This document shows, piece after piece, positions 50,823 through 64,000 of a stretch of 64,000 nt of DNA. Position 1 is the stretch's first letter. Each line of letters starts with the position of its first letter. Origin of the DNA: Botryllus schlosseri (lineage: Eukaryota); contig CM119386.1 in NCBI GenBank assembly GCA_051294905.1, positions 19,220,001 through 19,284,000 of the forward strand. The letters run 5' to 3'. The notes under the pieces were generated by a model. It saw only the letters and a program-made list of their open reading frames with translations, was not told the DNA's origin and ran no database searches. The translations under genes and the position numbers were made by a program.

Positions 50823-51314
50823 GTGACCTCTAAACATGTCCATTCTCATGACACGAGATCCTCGTCTGAAGGAAACATCTACTTACCCCCACCCAACAGC
50901 AACCTAACTAAGAGATCTATCGACTACTCGGGACCTATCATCTGGAATGCATTACCACCACATATCCGTGAATTGCCTTATAATAGATTCAAAAAAGCCC
51001 TACTTGATCACCTCTTGTCGTTACACTAACACTGTTGCCCTACCTCGCCCAGACATTGCTTCATTGATCATTTGCCACCATTGTTTTATTTTTTTTCTAT
51101 TTTCCTTCAACTAAACATTTCTTTACAGCCAGACTGTTCAGAGTCAAGTGTACCTGTTTGATGCTGGTGTGATCAGACTAGATGACCTTCACGGTCTTAT
51201 CGATCATTCCTATCTAATACCGAATACTGTGCACGCATATTTTCTGTACCACCATCACTGCCGTTTGTTATGTATTTTGGTTCGATGAAAATAAAGACTC
51301 TCTCTCTCTCTCTC
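50823..51314 (+). mobile_element. 5'-truncated L2/CR1-clade LINE: ORF2 C-terminus + 3' UTR + (CT)n tail
   Basis: HSHDTRS...LPPPNSNLTKRSIDYSGPIIWNALPPHIRE...FKKALLDHL* matches the typical H..TR / KRS..Y.GP..WN.LP / FK..L ORF2 end; AATAAA at 51290-51295 is followed by a CT microsatellite. Confidence 0.85.
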
Positions 51315-51958
51315 CTGTCTGCTATATAAAAAATATAGAATCGCCATAACGTAGGCTAGGAAAGTAAAAGACGCACACGATTTCGAATTGGTATTTCTTC
51401 ACTGGCATATAATTTTTCCATGCGGGATGGTATTTGTCTTGTGAGGTTCAGATTGCCAAGACTGAATTTTGTATATAACGAAGTTTTCGGTCAGCATTAG
51501 GGCAGTCCTTTTCGGCCAAGGTTTTCTCGCTGCCGATCGTTCTGGCAAACTTCTTGGAGGCGCATGTTACATGACCTACTTTATATGTCTTGGTGCGTCG
51601 TGGCGCGGTAATGGCCAACGCCGATATGCCCATTTCCATAAATCTTGCGTATTTTTTCTTTGGGGAAGAGTACCCAAAAATCAAGATAATTGGCAACTTG
51701 AAATCGCGCCCTGCGCGAAAAATTTTTGAAAAAGTTGCATAAATTTTCAAAACATACTCTCTAATTTATGCTAATTCACGAAATAATTTTGGGCCCCCTG
51801 CGAGCTCGCCCCCCTCAATTGGGGGGTTTGGGGTGCGGCAGTTACGGGCCTGGACATATCATATAACGTCCCGTAATCTCGTGGGACGATAAATTTCCTA
51901 ATGATGTAGCGACAATCTTATACCAGAATTTGATCTCATCAATATGTTTCTATTACAG

Positions 51959-52245
51959 CTGACAAACATTTACATCATCAGTTTGTTATTCGCCTCCGCG
52001 TCCACCAACTACCTCTATCTGAGCATACCGAACGAGCTGCTCGTTCACGGGCCGATTATCCTGAACGTTTCCAAACCCGAGTTGCGTGTCAAACCCATCG
52101 TTTGCAACCCGCACTTCAAGCTCTTCCGCGAAAATTACCTCACCGAATCATTGAAGAACCAAGAAGAGGTTTCAAATTCTTTATCTGCCAACTGTATAAT
52201 GGATGTCTTTAAAGCAGCAAGTCGATAGCCTAACGTGATAAACAC

Positions 52246-52294
<49 letters not shown>

Positions 52295-55200
52295 TCGTAT
52301 ACATCACAGGCATAGGCGCCTCATCGTAATTTTATGTGGGTATGCGGGGTCTTGTAACGTCACAGTCACTTTATATCGATGACGTCATAGTCTGACGAGA
52401 GCGCACTTTACCAATGCCATTGGTGTGTACAGCGGTAAAATACTAACGTGAAATTTTTATTCAAGCACTGAACTCAATAATATCAGCCATACCATCCAAT
52501 TTGATGTTGAAATCGTGCGCTAATTCAAATGTAACAGCAGCAAGAGCAATATGAACGCATGTCGCGATCTTATCAATAGAAACCCGCTTTCCATCAAATA
52601 CCCAAATGTTCTAAATTCGATATTGGCACGATCGTTACCATGCATTGCATCGATCAATGTATTCGAATATAGAAGCTTCCCGTTCAAACGAATCGAATAA
52701 AGTCAAGATTTAGGTCACTGAGAATGAGGTGTTGCATCAATATTTGAGGATGTATTTGAGCGCACGATGAGTCGTGTAAGTAATGAACCAAACTTGACAT
52801 TGACAAGTATCATTGTGCAAGAATTCGGGAATATTAGTGGATCAAGCGGACAAGAATAAATACACGTAACAGATGATTACAAATACAAACCAGAAAATGC
52901 GCATCAAGTCAGTTTGTTTGTTTGTTTGTGGTATTCATGGTGTTTGTCGACTACTTTGGTCATTTACACCAGGCCGATATTGTTCATTATTTTCCGTAAC
53001 TGCCGACTTATAGCACGGCCCACTTCTAGGCTTTTTGTAAGACACCGCTAACTCGGATGAGGTGGCGAGTAGGAGCCTAGGTAAACCTGCAACACTTAAG
53101 TTGAGTTCACATCGCTGAAATTGTTCGCATTTGGAGTGCATCGCTGCATTTCCAGATTAACGTTCGCCAAGCCTTATTGCAGTAACGATTCTGCGCATGA
53201 GCAGGTATGAATTTCAATTCTCAGTCATACACAATACCACACTGTCCAATTTAGAACTCCGATCAGAAAGACTATCACGAAAATCTGGCTCAATAATTAT
53301 TGTGAACGTGACAACGCGGATTGCGGCGCTAATCGGAGCAAAAACAAATCAATTTAGAAAGAACCTAACGTGTATTTGCTCGTCTAATCATGAGAGGTTG
53401 AGGTGTTGTCCGACGCGCGTGGGTCCAGATCGACATTGCTTACTAGGTCACAATTAGTGATGTACGTTTGTGGTACACCTGAAGAGTTGCTACAGTTTTT
53501 TTCTGATTAGCATCAACACACTTTGCGAAATACACAATGCTCATTATTTTTCGAACCGCACAGTTGGCCAGCGAGGTTGATGACGAAATTGAGGCGTGCC
53601 GCATGTACCCACATTAATTACAGGGTATATCCTATGCGTGGCATGTCTAGCATACCTTATAGTTCGGCGCCTAAGCATCCCGATCATCATTGCCAAAATC
53701 ACACTCTCAAGTCATAAACCACCCAATTACCTAGCTTACAGGCGGAGATGGTCAAAGTCTTCATGCTTGATAATCAAGCCGAAGTACCAATAACATCGTA
53801 ATTTTCTGCTCAACTACCTAAAAACTGAAATTTCGAAGTAGAAGCAGTCTAAACACATATCCACTTGAGTAAGTGGTGCAAGCAGGCAAGCAGCATAGAT
53901 TCACAACCGAGATTCACTGATGGTGATAGCACTGTGAGTATTCGATTATCACTCGTTATGACGTGAACAGTATGAATGAAGTGAAAGTTCAAATATGTGT
54001 ACATGTTATGCGACTACAAAGAATATAACGCCAGTTCTGCATTACATTTAAAGTTATTTGGTATCTTTTCGACCTATTTCACTGCACTGTGTAGCACGAC
54101 TACACAGATTTGTCATAGTTCCACTAACAGGTGTCGTTTTACTGGTCTACATGATTCGTATGTCGCGATGTGACCAATTGAGAGGTTTGCAGCTTTTCAC
54201 AGTGGACAATCGTATCAAAACTATAATTCTCGTTTATAAATTAACTATTACTGGCAGGGAGCATATAATTTCAGAACTCGATACAATCTACTCTCAATAC
54301 TCGACTCGATTCATTAGGATTATCACTCAATTCAGATTCCAGCACTCGAATCATTGTGCTCAACCCTGCACGGATCAAAACCATTCGTTTTATTCACAGG
54401 CGAAATCCGAGAGTTACTTGGCAGTGCCGGAAGTGAGCGCACTGCTAACTGATATCAACTCGGCTCAAAATCGTACCGAGACTATATTTGGCATGAGTGC
54501 CAATGGTCTGTGCGAGATGATTCCTCCCGCCAACGATTGGGGGGACTGCATAACGCTTACAGAGGTAGGCTTTTTTGTACTCAAATGCAGCTCGGGCTAT
54601 CCCCGCTCTATCATCACATTCTGTGAGCATGGCGATTCATGACATCAATCTGATGTGATATAAATCGCCATCCAGTGTTTTGTTACGCTAAAGTATAGGG
54701 AATATTCCAAAGTAATACTCGTGCTTTCGAGCACTCAACTAAACGTCATTGTAGCTCTACGTTCATCTACGCATTTCGACTTCCTTATTTTCTTTCACTG
54801 TATTACAATTCTTGTAGCGTCTTGAATACATAGAAAAGTAGGAATAAAATGATGCTGGTGATGAGGCGAGTAAATGGATATTGCTATCATGGAATTAGTC
54901 TCATGGTTATTCAAAACATATGTATACTTACTTGGGGGATTTTCAAAACTTGTGATGCTTGATCATATAGATTTAGACGGGACAGTGTCGCTTTTTCACA
55001 TGTTGTCCGTTATATGCAAATGGATTTATTACCGTTCAAAAATGTCTTTTTTATTAGTCAGCAGATTGGGTGAGCGGGGAATTTCGTTTTGTTTTGTCAG
55101 CAGAAATGAAATTTAGCGACCCCATGTGTTTCTTTGTAGTGAACGTCGCTATTTAAAGTACAAAAAATCTTGAAACCCTACTTATTCATCGCAGCAACAG

Positions 55201-56749
55201 CAATCTTCTAATGAAAGTTGAAAACCATAATGTATGACGTTTGTATAGGGGAAGTATGGGTACTTCTCGGCAACTGAGGCGTTCGGCGGCATGTTCTGTG
55301 ATGAGACTATATCTCTCTGTTGGACAACGTAACAAATAAGTTCAACTGCGTTAATAGCTACAGTTCCTATCCCGCTATCACTTAACAAAATGTAGTCAAT
55401 ACACGTCAATTCCTTCTTAGTATAAAGAACAATGTCTCGAGAGCGAATGCGGCTCCGACGCAAGCTTCTGCTTCTGGGACGGCTCCTCCATAGTAACGCT
55501 GTGCGCCTACGTTCAAATATTCACCTACATCACAGCGGTCCTGCTGGTGGGCTAGTGTATATCGTTCAGATCGATAAGGCAGACGACTGTACTTATTGTT
55601 TTTGCGATTTCAGACGTTTGGACTCATGTTCGATCCACCGCCTGCGAACTTTCATCGGCTGGTGAGCCCCACTTCATGTGCGGTTGCGTATGTAGCTTCT
55701 GGTGAGTTAGAGCGAGCTTGTTCTATAAATTCTAACACGCGGAACACTTACGCTAATCTTCAGGCCTTCGCAGGCCTCCCTCAATTTTAGCTGAGTCACA
55801 AGAACAAAATTCTACCACAATACACATCTAATACGCTACTGTAGATGGCTGGTGCTCAACATGACATGTGCACCAACAAAGTGTTAGAAGAGCAAAACTA
55901 TTATAATTTCACACAAAGCGAAAACATTATAATGAATATCTATTGCAAATCACTGATTTCTGCTGTTCCCTTCCAGCGACCAGTTCAGAAATGCGAGGCT
56001 TCACCTTGGAACGTGCCATCGTATTGTTCAGTCCCAACGCAACAGCGTGATACCAATTGCTCAACTACAAATGAGCACATAAATATTTGGGATATAAGCT
56101 AATTGTCATTTCAGATGACGGGGTGTCGAATTCGAACCCCAACCTCCCTGTGAACGCCGCTACACACGTCGTAAGCCTACAACTACAACAATCACGATTC
56201 GGCTACTGGCCGGGTCTGATTACCTGCAAAACATGATGGCCAGGACCAGCCTGTAATCACAAATCATATGTATGCGTTGAGTGTATCCGCGGAACCACTT
56301 ATTCCGCGGATCACCGGTTAAAAATCACTGTACTACAATGGATGTTGCCCTGCAAGAAATATTCACATTCAGTAGCACAAAGTCAAGATGTGTAGAGTTT
56401 TGTTTTCCGGAAGCATCGCTATATGAAACACAGTTCGACTTTTCCGTTTTCAGCTATCTTCGCAATCACGGGTTTGCTGACTTGCGTGATAGGCGTGTCG
56501 CGGTACGCTTCAACCGCCATGTACGACACTTACTCTGAGTTTTACGTGTCTTACGACGCGGCCTGGCAGTGTTTCCTGTTCACTTCGCTGTGTTCGGTGC
56601 TGTTCTCGGCGTGCTACATTTATCTGGCGTGCTTCACTCCGAAATACCCCAGGTTTGTGAATGGAGCATTTTGCGAACTTTCTCTGTTCGAATCTTTTCG
56701 ACACTGCACTAAGTATAGCCCGCATGGCGTAGCCTATATATCGTTATAG
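51959..56749 (+). CDS. Putative four-transmembrane protein (claudin/PMP22 superfamily-like), partial multi-exon model
   Basis: Exon-like segments with AG/GT flanks: 51959-52168 (IYIISLLFASASTNYLYL, TM1-like), 54400-54564, 55421-55546 (IVTLCAYVQIFTYITAVLL), 55614-55661, and a last exon from 56414 or 56454 to 56749 (AIFAITGLLTCVIGVSRY...AAWQCFLFTSLCSVLFSACYIYL). The first exon and the last junction phase are unresolved. Confidence 0.45.
52249..52292. repeat. (AC)22 microsatellite
   Basis: Direct reading. Confidence 0.98.
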
Positions 56750-56864
56750 TTCTGCGAAATTGGACATGAGAGAGAGAGCAAGAGAGAGATAGTCAGCCAG
56801 TTGGTGAGAATACCGGAAAGTGTCAAAACGACTTTTAAGAGAGACTTATTTTCATCCAGAGAAA

Positions 56865-57150
56865 GAGTGAATCTTTATTTGTCAAGTATGTACTGCACAA
56901 TTGCGATCGAGTAAAATATGATGTACAGATAACCAAGGTACAGACGTGAGACTTGATACAACACAGTCTTTAAAGCGAAGCCACCGAGGCTAGGTGCTGA
57001 AGTGGTTGCACTCGAAACCCTAAGTAAAATACATAACACACAAACAACAACAATAGGGATACGGAAAGAAAAATCGCAACACACAGTATTCGGCGTATGA
57101 TAGAAATGACCGACACGGCGTTAGAGATCAACTTGTCCGATTACGCCCAT
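56865..57150 (-). mobile_element. Diverged LINE/SINE 3' end related to the L2-type tail
   Basis: Shares CACAGTATTCGG...GATAG(G/A)AATGA(T/C)CGA with the copies at 48689-48720 and ~51200-51230; the minus strand ends AATAAAGATTC near 56880-56870. Confidence 0.5.
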
Positions 57151-60100
57151 GCGTGTGACTTATTGACTTGCCCGACGATTTACGTCTCCAAGCAACTGGT
57201 GTGATACCGGTCGCTAAAATGCAGAAGGCTTCCTATTTTCAGGCAGGTGAACAAATGGGATTTGCGACGGAAGAATTTTGAGAGAACACTGGCCCACATA
57301 AAAGATAAGGTGGTGGAGGAAGTCTGAAGCCTGTTTCTGCCGTTTCTAGTTCATTGTTCAACATGAATTGCCATTTTCCGAATCTTTGTCGTGTGTTCTT
57401 TATTCCTGGCTGCATGCGAGACTGTGTCTCTGCGGAGTCTTAGGGAACGGTCACGGGGATGGTGTGAGCCCATGAGTACACCTTGTATCTCAGAACGTCA
57501 GAATGCAATGCATCCGAACTGATAGCCTATATATCGGGGTGCTGGGTAAACTTGACATCATTGCAGTTCGATTGTGACATTTCATAAATTATGTCGGAAT
57601 CCAATATCACCTGGTTGACACCGCATGCGAAAACATAGCCCACGCTGAAATGCTACTCCCATTTTCTGTATATCTCCAAGTTAGGATTTCCCTACCTTTT
57701 TAACGCGTTGAAAGAACATCGTTTGAAAATTTTGAAAAATCAATTGTGCAGCAATCTCTCTGTTTATCCGAAATAAATTTCAGTTTATGTATATTTCTAC
57801 CCCATCCTCTTTAGTACAGTAATTAAAATAGGGGGCGGACAAAACATGAATAATTCTGAAAAGGGGCGCTGGATGAAAAAAGTTACGAGTCACTGACGGA
57901 GATTGATGACCTTTTCTTAGTCATCAGCTTCCCCAAATCGTGCATTCAGGGTACTTGACGCGCTTGGTTGCAGCATATTTCTCCCTTTTAGAGGATGTCG
58001 AGAGGTCAAAAAGGTCGAGACCACTAGGTTAGGGGTTCCCAAGCGGACTCCAGCATTTGAAACCACTGACGAGTTTTACCTAAGCTTATATTCGTCATCC
58101 AATCTACGTGTGCGGTGTCTTACAGAAGTATAGGGCGAATTAAGTGTGCTAAAAGCCATCATCCGGGGAGTCTCAATAAATAATATAGACCTGATGTGAC
58201 TATGATGCCATGAGCAATTGGGAACAATAACAACACATTACCAACAACAAATCTTGCCTGAATAGCGGACATCCATTTACTACTTGCGAGACTTGTGATT
58301 TTGACCGAATGTAATAGCCTATAATTGTATTTGATAAGACGGTGACTCTTGACGACAGCCTCCAATATCTTTCAGATTTCCTAAGAGTCCATATTAGCCG
58401 TCTCGCGTAACCGGCGTGACCATATCCGATCTAATGGTTTGATGCCGACGCTAATGATATAAATTGAACTTCTGCGTAACTAAGTGCCGAGTCGTGGAAT
58501 TTGTTACTGAAATGAAGCATACGTTATCTATAAGCTGTTTCGTGACTTTTTAAAACATATAATTATAAAGATAATATTTATGCTGCCACCTCAGAACTAG
58601 AAAATATGTGTACTATGCAAGACAGACAACCAAGCAATCGTGGATATGAAGGAATTTTGTAACCCTTATCTTTGATTTGATAAAAAAAATATACCATAAC
58701 TATCACAGTGTTAATAAGGTTTTAATATCTCACGTATCATTCGCTGAACATGGAACATGATCGCGCCGTATAACTGTCAGCTGCGAATTTTCATAAGTCA
58801 AAAATTAACGCGACCGCGAGCTGGCGCCATCGAAACAATGTCTGGAATGTCGCACGTCATCATGAAAATATTTCATGTTGTTGAATTGAAGAATAAAGTA
58901 CGACTTCCCACATAGCCATTGCCTCGATTTCGGAACGCTTCCAAATAAGGCGTTGGAATTACGGCGCTGTTCTTATAAGCATGTCGTATCTGCACAACTG
59001 TGCATTGCGGGTACCGGTGAAATTGAGAAGCTCGTATAGGCGTTTATCATAATCAACTGCGAACTGTTTTCACAAGGTTCTGGCTCCTTGCGGAAACAAG
59101 AACGTGCTAAGCGATTCCGATAAATAATTAAGAAGTATGAAGTATTGTACCGCATACTGCGTACTGATACCGCGGAAATAGCCTGATTCTGGTAACAATA
59201 TTTTGGTGCCATGCAGTGCTTACAAGAAAACCGGTATTATTGTTAATCTTCTGTATAGGCCTATCTACTATCGAATATCAACTGAATGGGACTCGAAATA
59301 AATCGGGAGGCTAGCCCATTGGTGCGACCAGTGTCTTTCGTTTAATTTTGATTTCCAGCATTGCGTTCGTGTGCACCAGTGTCTTACTTTCATTGCTTAA
59401 AATGTTGTTTCCCGACCAAGATTACGACCCCACGAGTGCACCAAGTACTGCAGGTTTATTGACCACCGTGATTGGCATGTAATGATCTCCAAAAATATTA
59501 TTGGCACTGGCAAATATGCATTTACGCGACAAAACGTTTGACTTACGGTGGCGACGTGCTATTTGGTAAATAACGTATTTCAGTTTCAGCAATGTCAAAA
59601 TATTTAATGTGCGCATTGCTCAGTCTGGAGTTACGTAACGTTGCAGCGTGCAACAAGTTGGCACGTATCGAGAACATGATATGCATGTCAGCACACTGGA
59701 TTACATATAGCTTACGAAAATTGAGTGGCTAGTTGGCTACCGTATCATCTACCCAAAGCAGACCTGCTGATGTAGCGTCACTGCCGAGCGGTGTTTGCAA
59801 CCTCATGCACTGCAGGCCCCGTGATGATGATTGTGTTGTCTGCTGACTAATTTCAAAGTAACATTCACTGTAGCAATGATCAAGTATAGGCATATCGGCG
59901 ATTGTTGCTTGAAGTGTATTTTTTTCGGATTGAGGTCTTCCATAATGAGATACACGATCGCAGATTTTGCTAATAGATACATACTTTTCGCCTACGCCCA
60001 AGATTTACACGCTATATACTACTTCTAGCATGCAGTTTACTATTTGTACATTGTACAATACATGTATAATAGTCAAATATGTGATTATACGGTTTGCCGA

Positions 60101-62542
60101 AACCACGTTTCGAAAACGATTACACGAAAACGGTCTGGTTTCGGCATACGTGACGCAGCGTCGTACGCTGTGTCGGGAAGTAGCACTATTCGCAGGAAAT
60201 TGTTTCCCACAACCGCATAAGCGCTAGCACGATAAGATACAGAGCATGTCACATGAAGCCGGGTATCTCCGATTCGTTGAAATTGTACTTTCGTCCACTT
60301 TCCTACGGGTACGAACTACAAAAAGTGAGAAATAGTGCGTGGGTAAAATCAATACCCGACTCCGCGAAAGGCAACGACACGCCAATGACGGCGAAGAGCA
60401 TTTACGGCGAAACAGCTGTCTTGTGAAGGAAGTGAAAACAAAGGAGTGGGAATGAGTAACGGCTATATTTGCAAAAGAAACTAAGAAATAATACGGCGTG
60501 CGACACGGCCGGGAGCGCAAAAAACGAGAGTGGGAAATCAGCTGTTCGCTTCAGAGTGGGATACCGGCAGCGCGACTATAGTGTTTCAAAAGAGGTTTTT
60601 CGAATGGTGCTTTCTGCGGTACTACTGTACCGTGTGTGTATATAGCGTTCGCTGGAAGAAGCAAAATGCGGAAGCATTGCTGTGTGTACGTAACCGCCAA
60701 CTCATACAATTTTACCGAGAGTCTAATTTGAATCTCATATCATAGCTGTTCTGTACAAGGGTACGAATACCGACCACTCATGGGTTTACAAATCTCTGTT
60801 CGCAACTGCTCGAATTTCTTGTGAGTGGTGCGGCGGTATGTCAAGATTGTCGACGGAATCCATTCGCTTCCTGATATCACCAATTCAAAATGAGTATAAG
60901 ATTGCAACACTGTAAAATCAGGGAGGTGTTGAGTCTACATTCACCTCGTCTCGCGATAGCAATAAAATAGACTGAAGTCAAGTCATAAAAAGGGGTTACT
61001 CGCCGAGCGAGAATTGCAATAACCATAGTTTTCTAGATTTGCTGATAGTTACGACTGGAAATACGGTTTTGTAACTATGTGCGGCGAATTTTAAGTATTT
61101 TCATCACAGTGCACTCTACGTTGAATGTCCTTTAATATGGATATATCATGATGATAATCTTGACAGCTGCTGATCTAGTCCGTGATATTTAGGTATTGCA
61201 TTTTCCGCCGTGTAACCCAGACGTTTGAACAGCAGTATGAACGTGTGAAGCTGCTACCCGGCTTGTATTTATTTAAAAAATCTGTACATCGTACTTTGGT
61301 GACTGACGCAATGACGATATGGGAGCTGGTCATATTTGTACTCCAACCGAAGAAGTTACGTGCATCTGACTCGTGATGTGCAAACCTTACAATCGTTCGT
61401 AACACCACATGGTACTGACGGTGTTGTGACTATCGACCGAAGAGGATTCTATGAAAAGCAGCTACTTGGATACGCAATAATGCTGATGGATACCGTATAT
61501 AGCTAACGAGTTTTTTAATCACAATATACTATTGCAATACCGTAGATGCGACAGTATTGATTCTTTCCATAGAACTAAACGTAGGTAAATGTCACTACAT
61601 TGACACTATGTGAAATCTAACCCATCCAGAGCAAAAGCGGTTTTGTGCCAACAGCATTTGCTTTGAAATTTAGAGAGATTACATTTCAGTTTGGCGGGCA
61701 ATTCAGAGACATCATTTCACCGCTATGCTCAGTGCTCACACATTCGCCCTACAGCTGCTTTTAGGTATAATGCGAATAGCGGATCTTCCTATACCAGATC
61801 AACGCTCAGTTGCTCACGCGCGTTCGCGCATTGCTAATGCGCTCACACTGGTCACAATAAGTTTTCGTCAATTTACTCACAAAAAATAGTGTGCTATACA
61901 CTTTAGACCCAATATTGAATGCTTGTACAGAAAAAGTGTTATAAGGACAACATATTTTACATCAACTCTGTTAAGTGGTGAGTGCACCGGTGTCGTTTGC
62001 AATACCGTACACTGCGTGCCTATAGTCAGCGTGTTGCCAACCGTTATGTATCTAAGGCCAATCGACTGAAGTAATCCGATCATACCAACAACGGCCCGCA
62101 GAAACTCGCGAAACGACGCGGTTTGTTTATTCAGTCGATGTAGTATTGGCATTCCTATCGGTCATTGCCTGGTTAGTGATAAGTACATACGATGATCTCG
62201 GTACACATTATCCTTGCTGTTACATGGAACGCATATTTGACGCAATACCATGATTTGCTACGGATGTTGAAGTGGCGTATTCGACTGGATCTGGTATCAA
62301 CCGCGATAAACAGTCAACCCTCACGATGATAAATTTGAAGATCTCTGTTCATAATCTGTCCAGAATAAAATATACTAATCCGTCACCAGGCAACAATTGA
62401 TGTTATACAAGACTTTCACAAACTACAATCATTTTGGTAAGTTTTGAATGAAGGTATGTGGTATATCACAATATTTTGTATCATGACATCTGGTTGCGTG
62501 TTGATATGACTTCAACTTTCTGGGAAAAATCATTGTTTTCGG

Positions 62543-63454
62543 GGCGCTTCTTCGATATACGCCCGAGATAAAAACAGTGTTCCCCATGACACCCGTAAAT
62601 GTTTCCCCATGAACACGATAAAATTTTATAAACGTCGAAATATTTTTTTTGCATTTGAATAGACGGATATCAGGGTTGGGGAATGGAAATATTGGTGTTG
62701 AAAGTGGGTTAGGGTCAAAGTTGGGGTTAGGGTATCCCAAGATTACGGTTGGGGGAGGGGGTAATAGGGAAGAGGAAGGAGGGATATTAGGGTTGGATGT
62801 GGGTTAGGGTCAAAGTTGAGGTTAGGGTATCCCAAGTTTAGGGTTGGGGCCTGGGGGAGAGGGGGATATTAGGGTTGGGGAGGGGTATTAGGGTTGGATG
62901 TGGGTTAGGGTTAAGGTTGGGGTCAAAGTTTAGGTTGGTGTATCCCTAACCCACATCCAGCCCCCTCCCCCAACCGTAATATTGGGACACCCTAACCTTA
63001 ACTTTGACCCTTACCCTCCCACATCCAACTCCAAGACCCCCCTCCCCCAACCCGAATATACCCATTCCCCAACCCTAATCCTGGGATATCCCAACCTCAA
63101 CTTTGACCCTAACCCTAACCCACATCCAACTCTTATACCCCTCCCCCAACCCTAATATCCCCCTTCCCCAACCCTAATATTTGGATACCCTAACCCCAAC
63201 TTTTACCCTAACCCACATCCAACCCTAATATCCCTCCATCCTCTTTCCTAATACCCTCTGCTCCAACCCTAATCTTGGGATACCCTAACCCCAACGTTGA
63301 CCCCAACCCACCTCCAACCCTAATATATGTCTCTCCAAAGGCAAAAAAAACAATTTATTTTGACGTTTATAAAATTGTATCGTGCTCATGGGAAGCACTT
63401 GCTGGTGTTACGTGAAACACTGTTTCGATCTCGGGCGTATATCGAAGAAGCGCC
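62543..63454. mobile_element. 912-bp foldback DNA transposon derivative with telomere-like G-rich internal repeats (Merlin- or MULE-like, unclassified)
   Basis: Termini GGCGCTTCTTCGATATACGCCCGAGAT / ATCTCGGGCGTATATCGAAGAAGCGCC (perfect 27-bp IR); exact 8-bp direct repeat GTTTTCGG at 62535-62542 and 63455-63462. The left arm has TTAGGG/GGGTTGG units, the right arm CCCTAA/CCAACCC units, meeting near 62940. Confidence 0.85.
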
Positions 63455-64000
63455 GTTTTCGGTACCGGTGGTAGCACGGTCAAAACAGCTGTCGTTGAGA
63501 CCACGCGGCTTGGAATTCGTATGGACGTTCACCTCCTCTGCAATTCCAACTTTATTTACCTTTGTGGTTTGTTTGTCGTGTTTCTACTTAATTCGGACCA
63601 GCCCCAGTAAAGCAACTGGATTGAAAATCACAGCCACGCGCCTATGTCTAACATACGCCCATGTGTATGTAAGGCTTCTAGCACAGTCATAATATCATGA
63701 ATTCCGAATTCGTCAGATTGGTGAGTAAACAAGCTTACGAGTGACATAATTAGCAACATCATCGGGCAACACGCACTGGTATCGCATTATGTATGTGTTG
63801 TGTACTTGTTTTACTGGCCCTCGTTCCATAACAGATATTCGAATTGGTGCATTGGCCAGACAGTGTTTTGTAATCAAATCTGAGTTTGATTCGTCATATG
63901 GTGATCTTCATCGATTGTCCTACAGTAATGTAGTTCCGACGGCGATATCACGGCACGTCTTACGGCGGCATTGTTCTACAACAGGTATTTGTATCCTGAT

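Noticed and set aside
56120-56200. B-box-like GGTTCGAATTC on the minus strand as a tRNA gene
   Set aside because: No convincing A box or cloverleaf.
58900-62160. GC-richer exon-like islands on both strands
   Set aside because: They could not be joined into a phase-consistent model or matched to a known family; a gene may be present but is unsupported from sequence alone.
62660-63325. TTAGGG array followed by CCCTAA array as an ancient telomere-telomere fusion
   Set aside because: The repeats are interspersed in ~80-bp composite units and enclosed by a perfect TIR and TSD, which a transposon explains better.

Overview
Eukaryotic (animal) genomic DNA, AT-rich and rich in GT-AG introns. An invertebrate deuterostome such as an ascidian is plausible but is only an inference. 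The window is dominated by a minus-strand SEC31 (COPII outer coat) gene, 47812->6251. I could trace 26 phase-compatible core exons (3456 nt, 1151 aa + stop) and four further in-frame candidate cassette exons in the proline-rich region. A 5-exon plus-strand gene (~724 aa) is nested in its 10.2-kb intron 13; it has a long low-complexity N-terminus, several TQT motifs and a CacyBP/SIP-like CS domain. Upstream of the SEC31 3' end lies an intronless C2H2 zinc-finger ORF (1232-2479). A partially resolved plus-strand four-TM (claudin/PMP22-like) gene spans ~52-56.7 kb. The introns hold several non-autonomous hAT elements with 8-bp TSDs and a 5'-truncated Penelope-like retroelement (RT + GIY-YIG). Elsewhere there are L2/CR1-type LINE 3' ends, a tRNA-derived SINE, and a 912-bp foldback element built from telomere-like G-rich repeats. 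The most striking signal is a family of minimal type I hammerhead ribozyme motifs. They are in tandem at the 3' end of the Penelope element and recur elsewhere, including inside a 264-bp palindrome whose left arm is antisense to most of the ribozyme. Most short ORFs in the supplied track are exon fragments or spurious.
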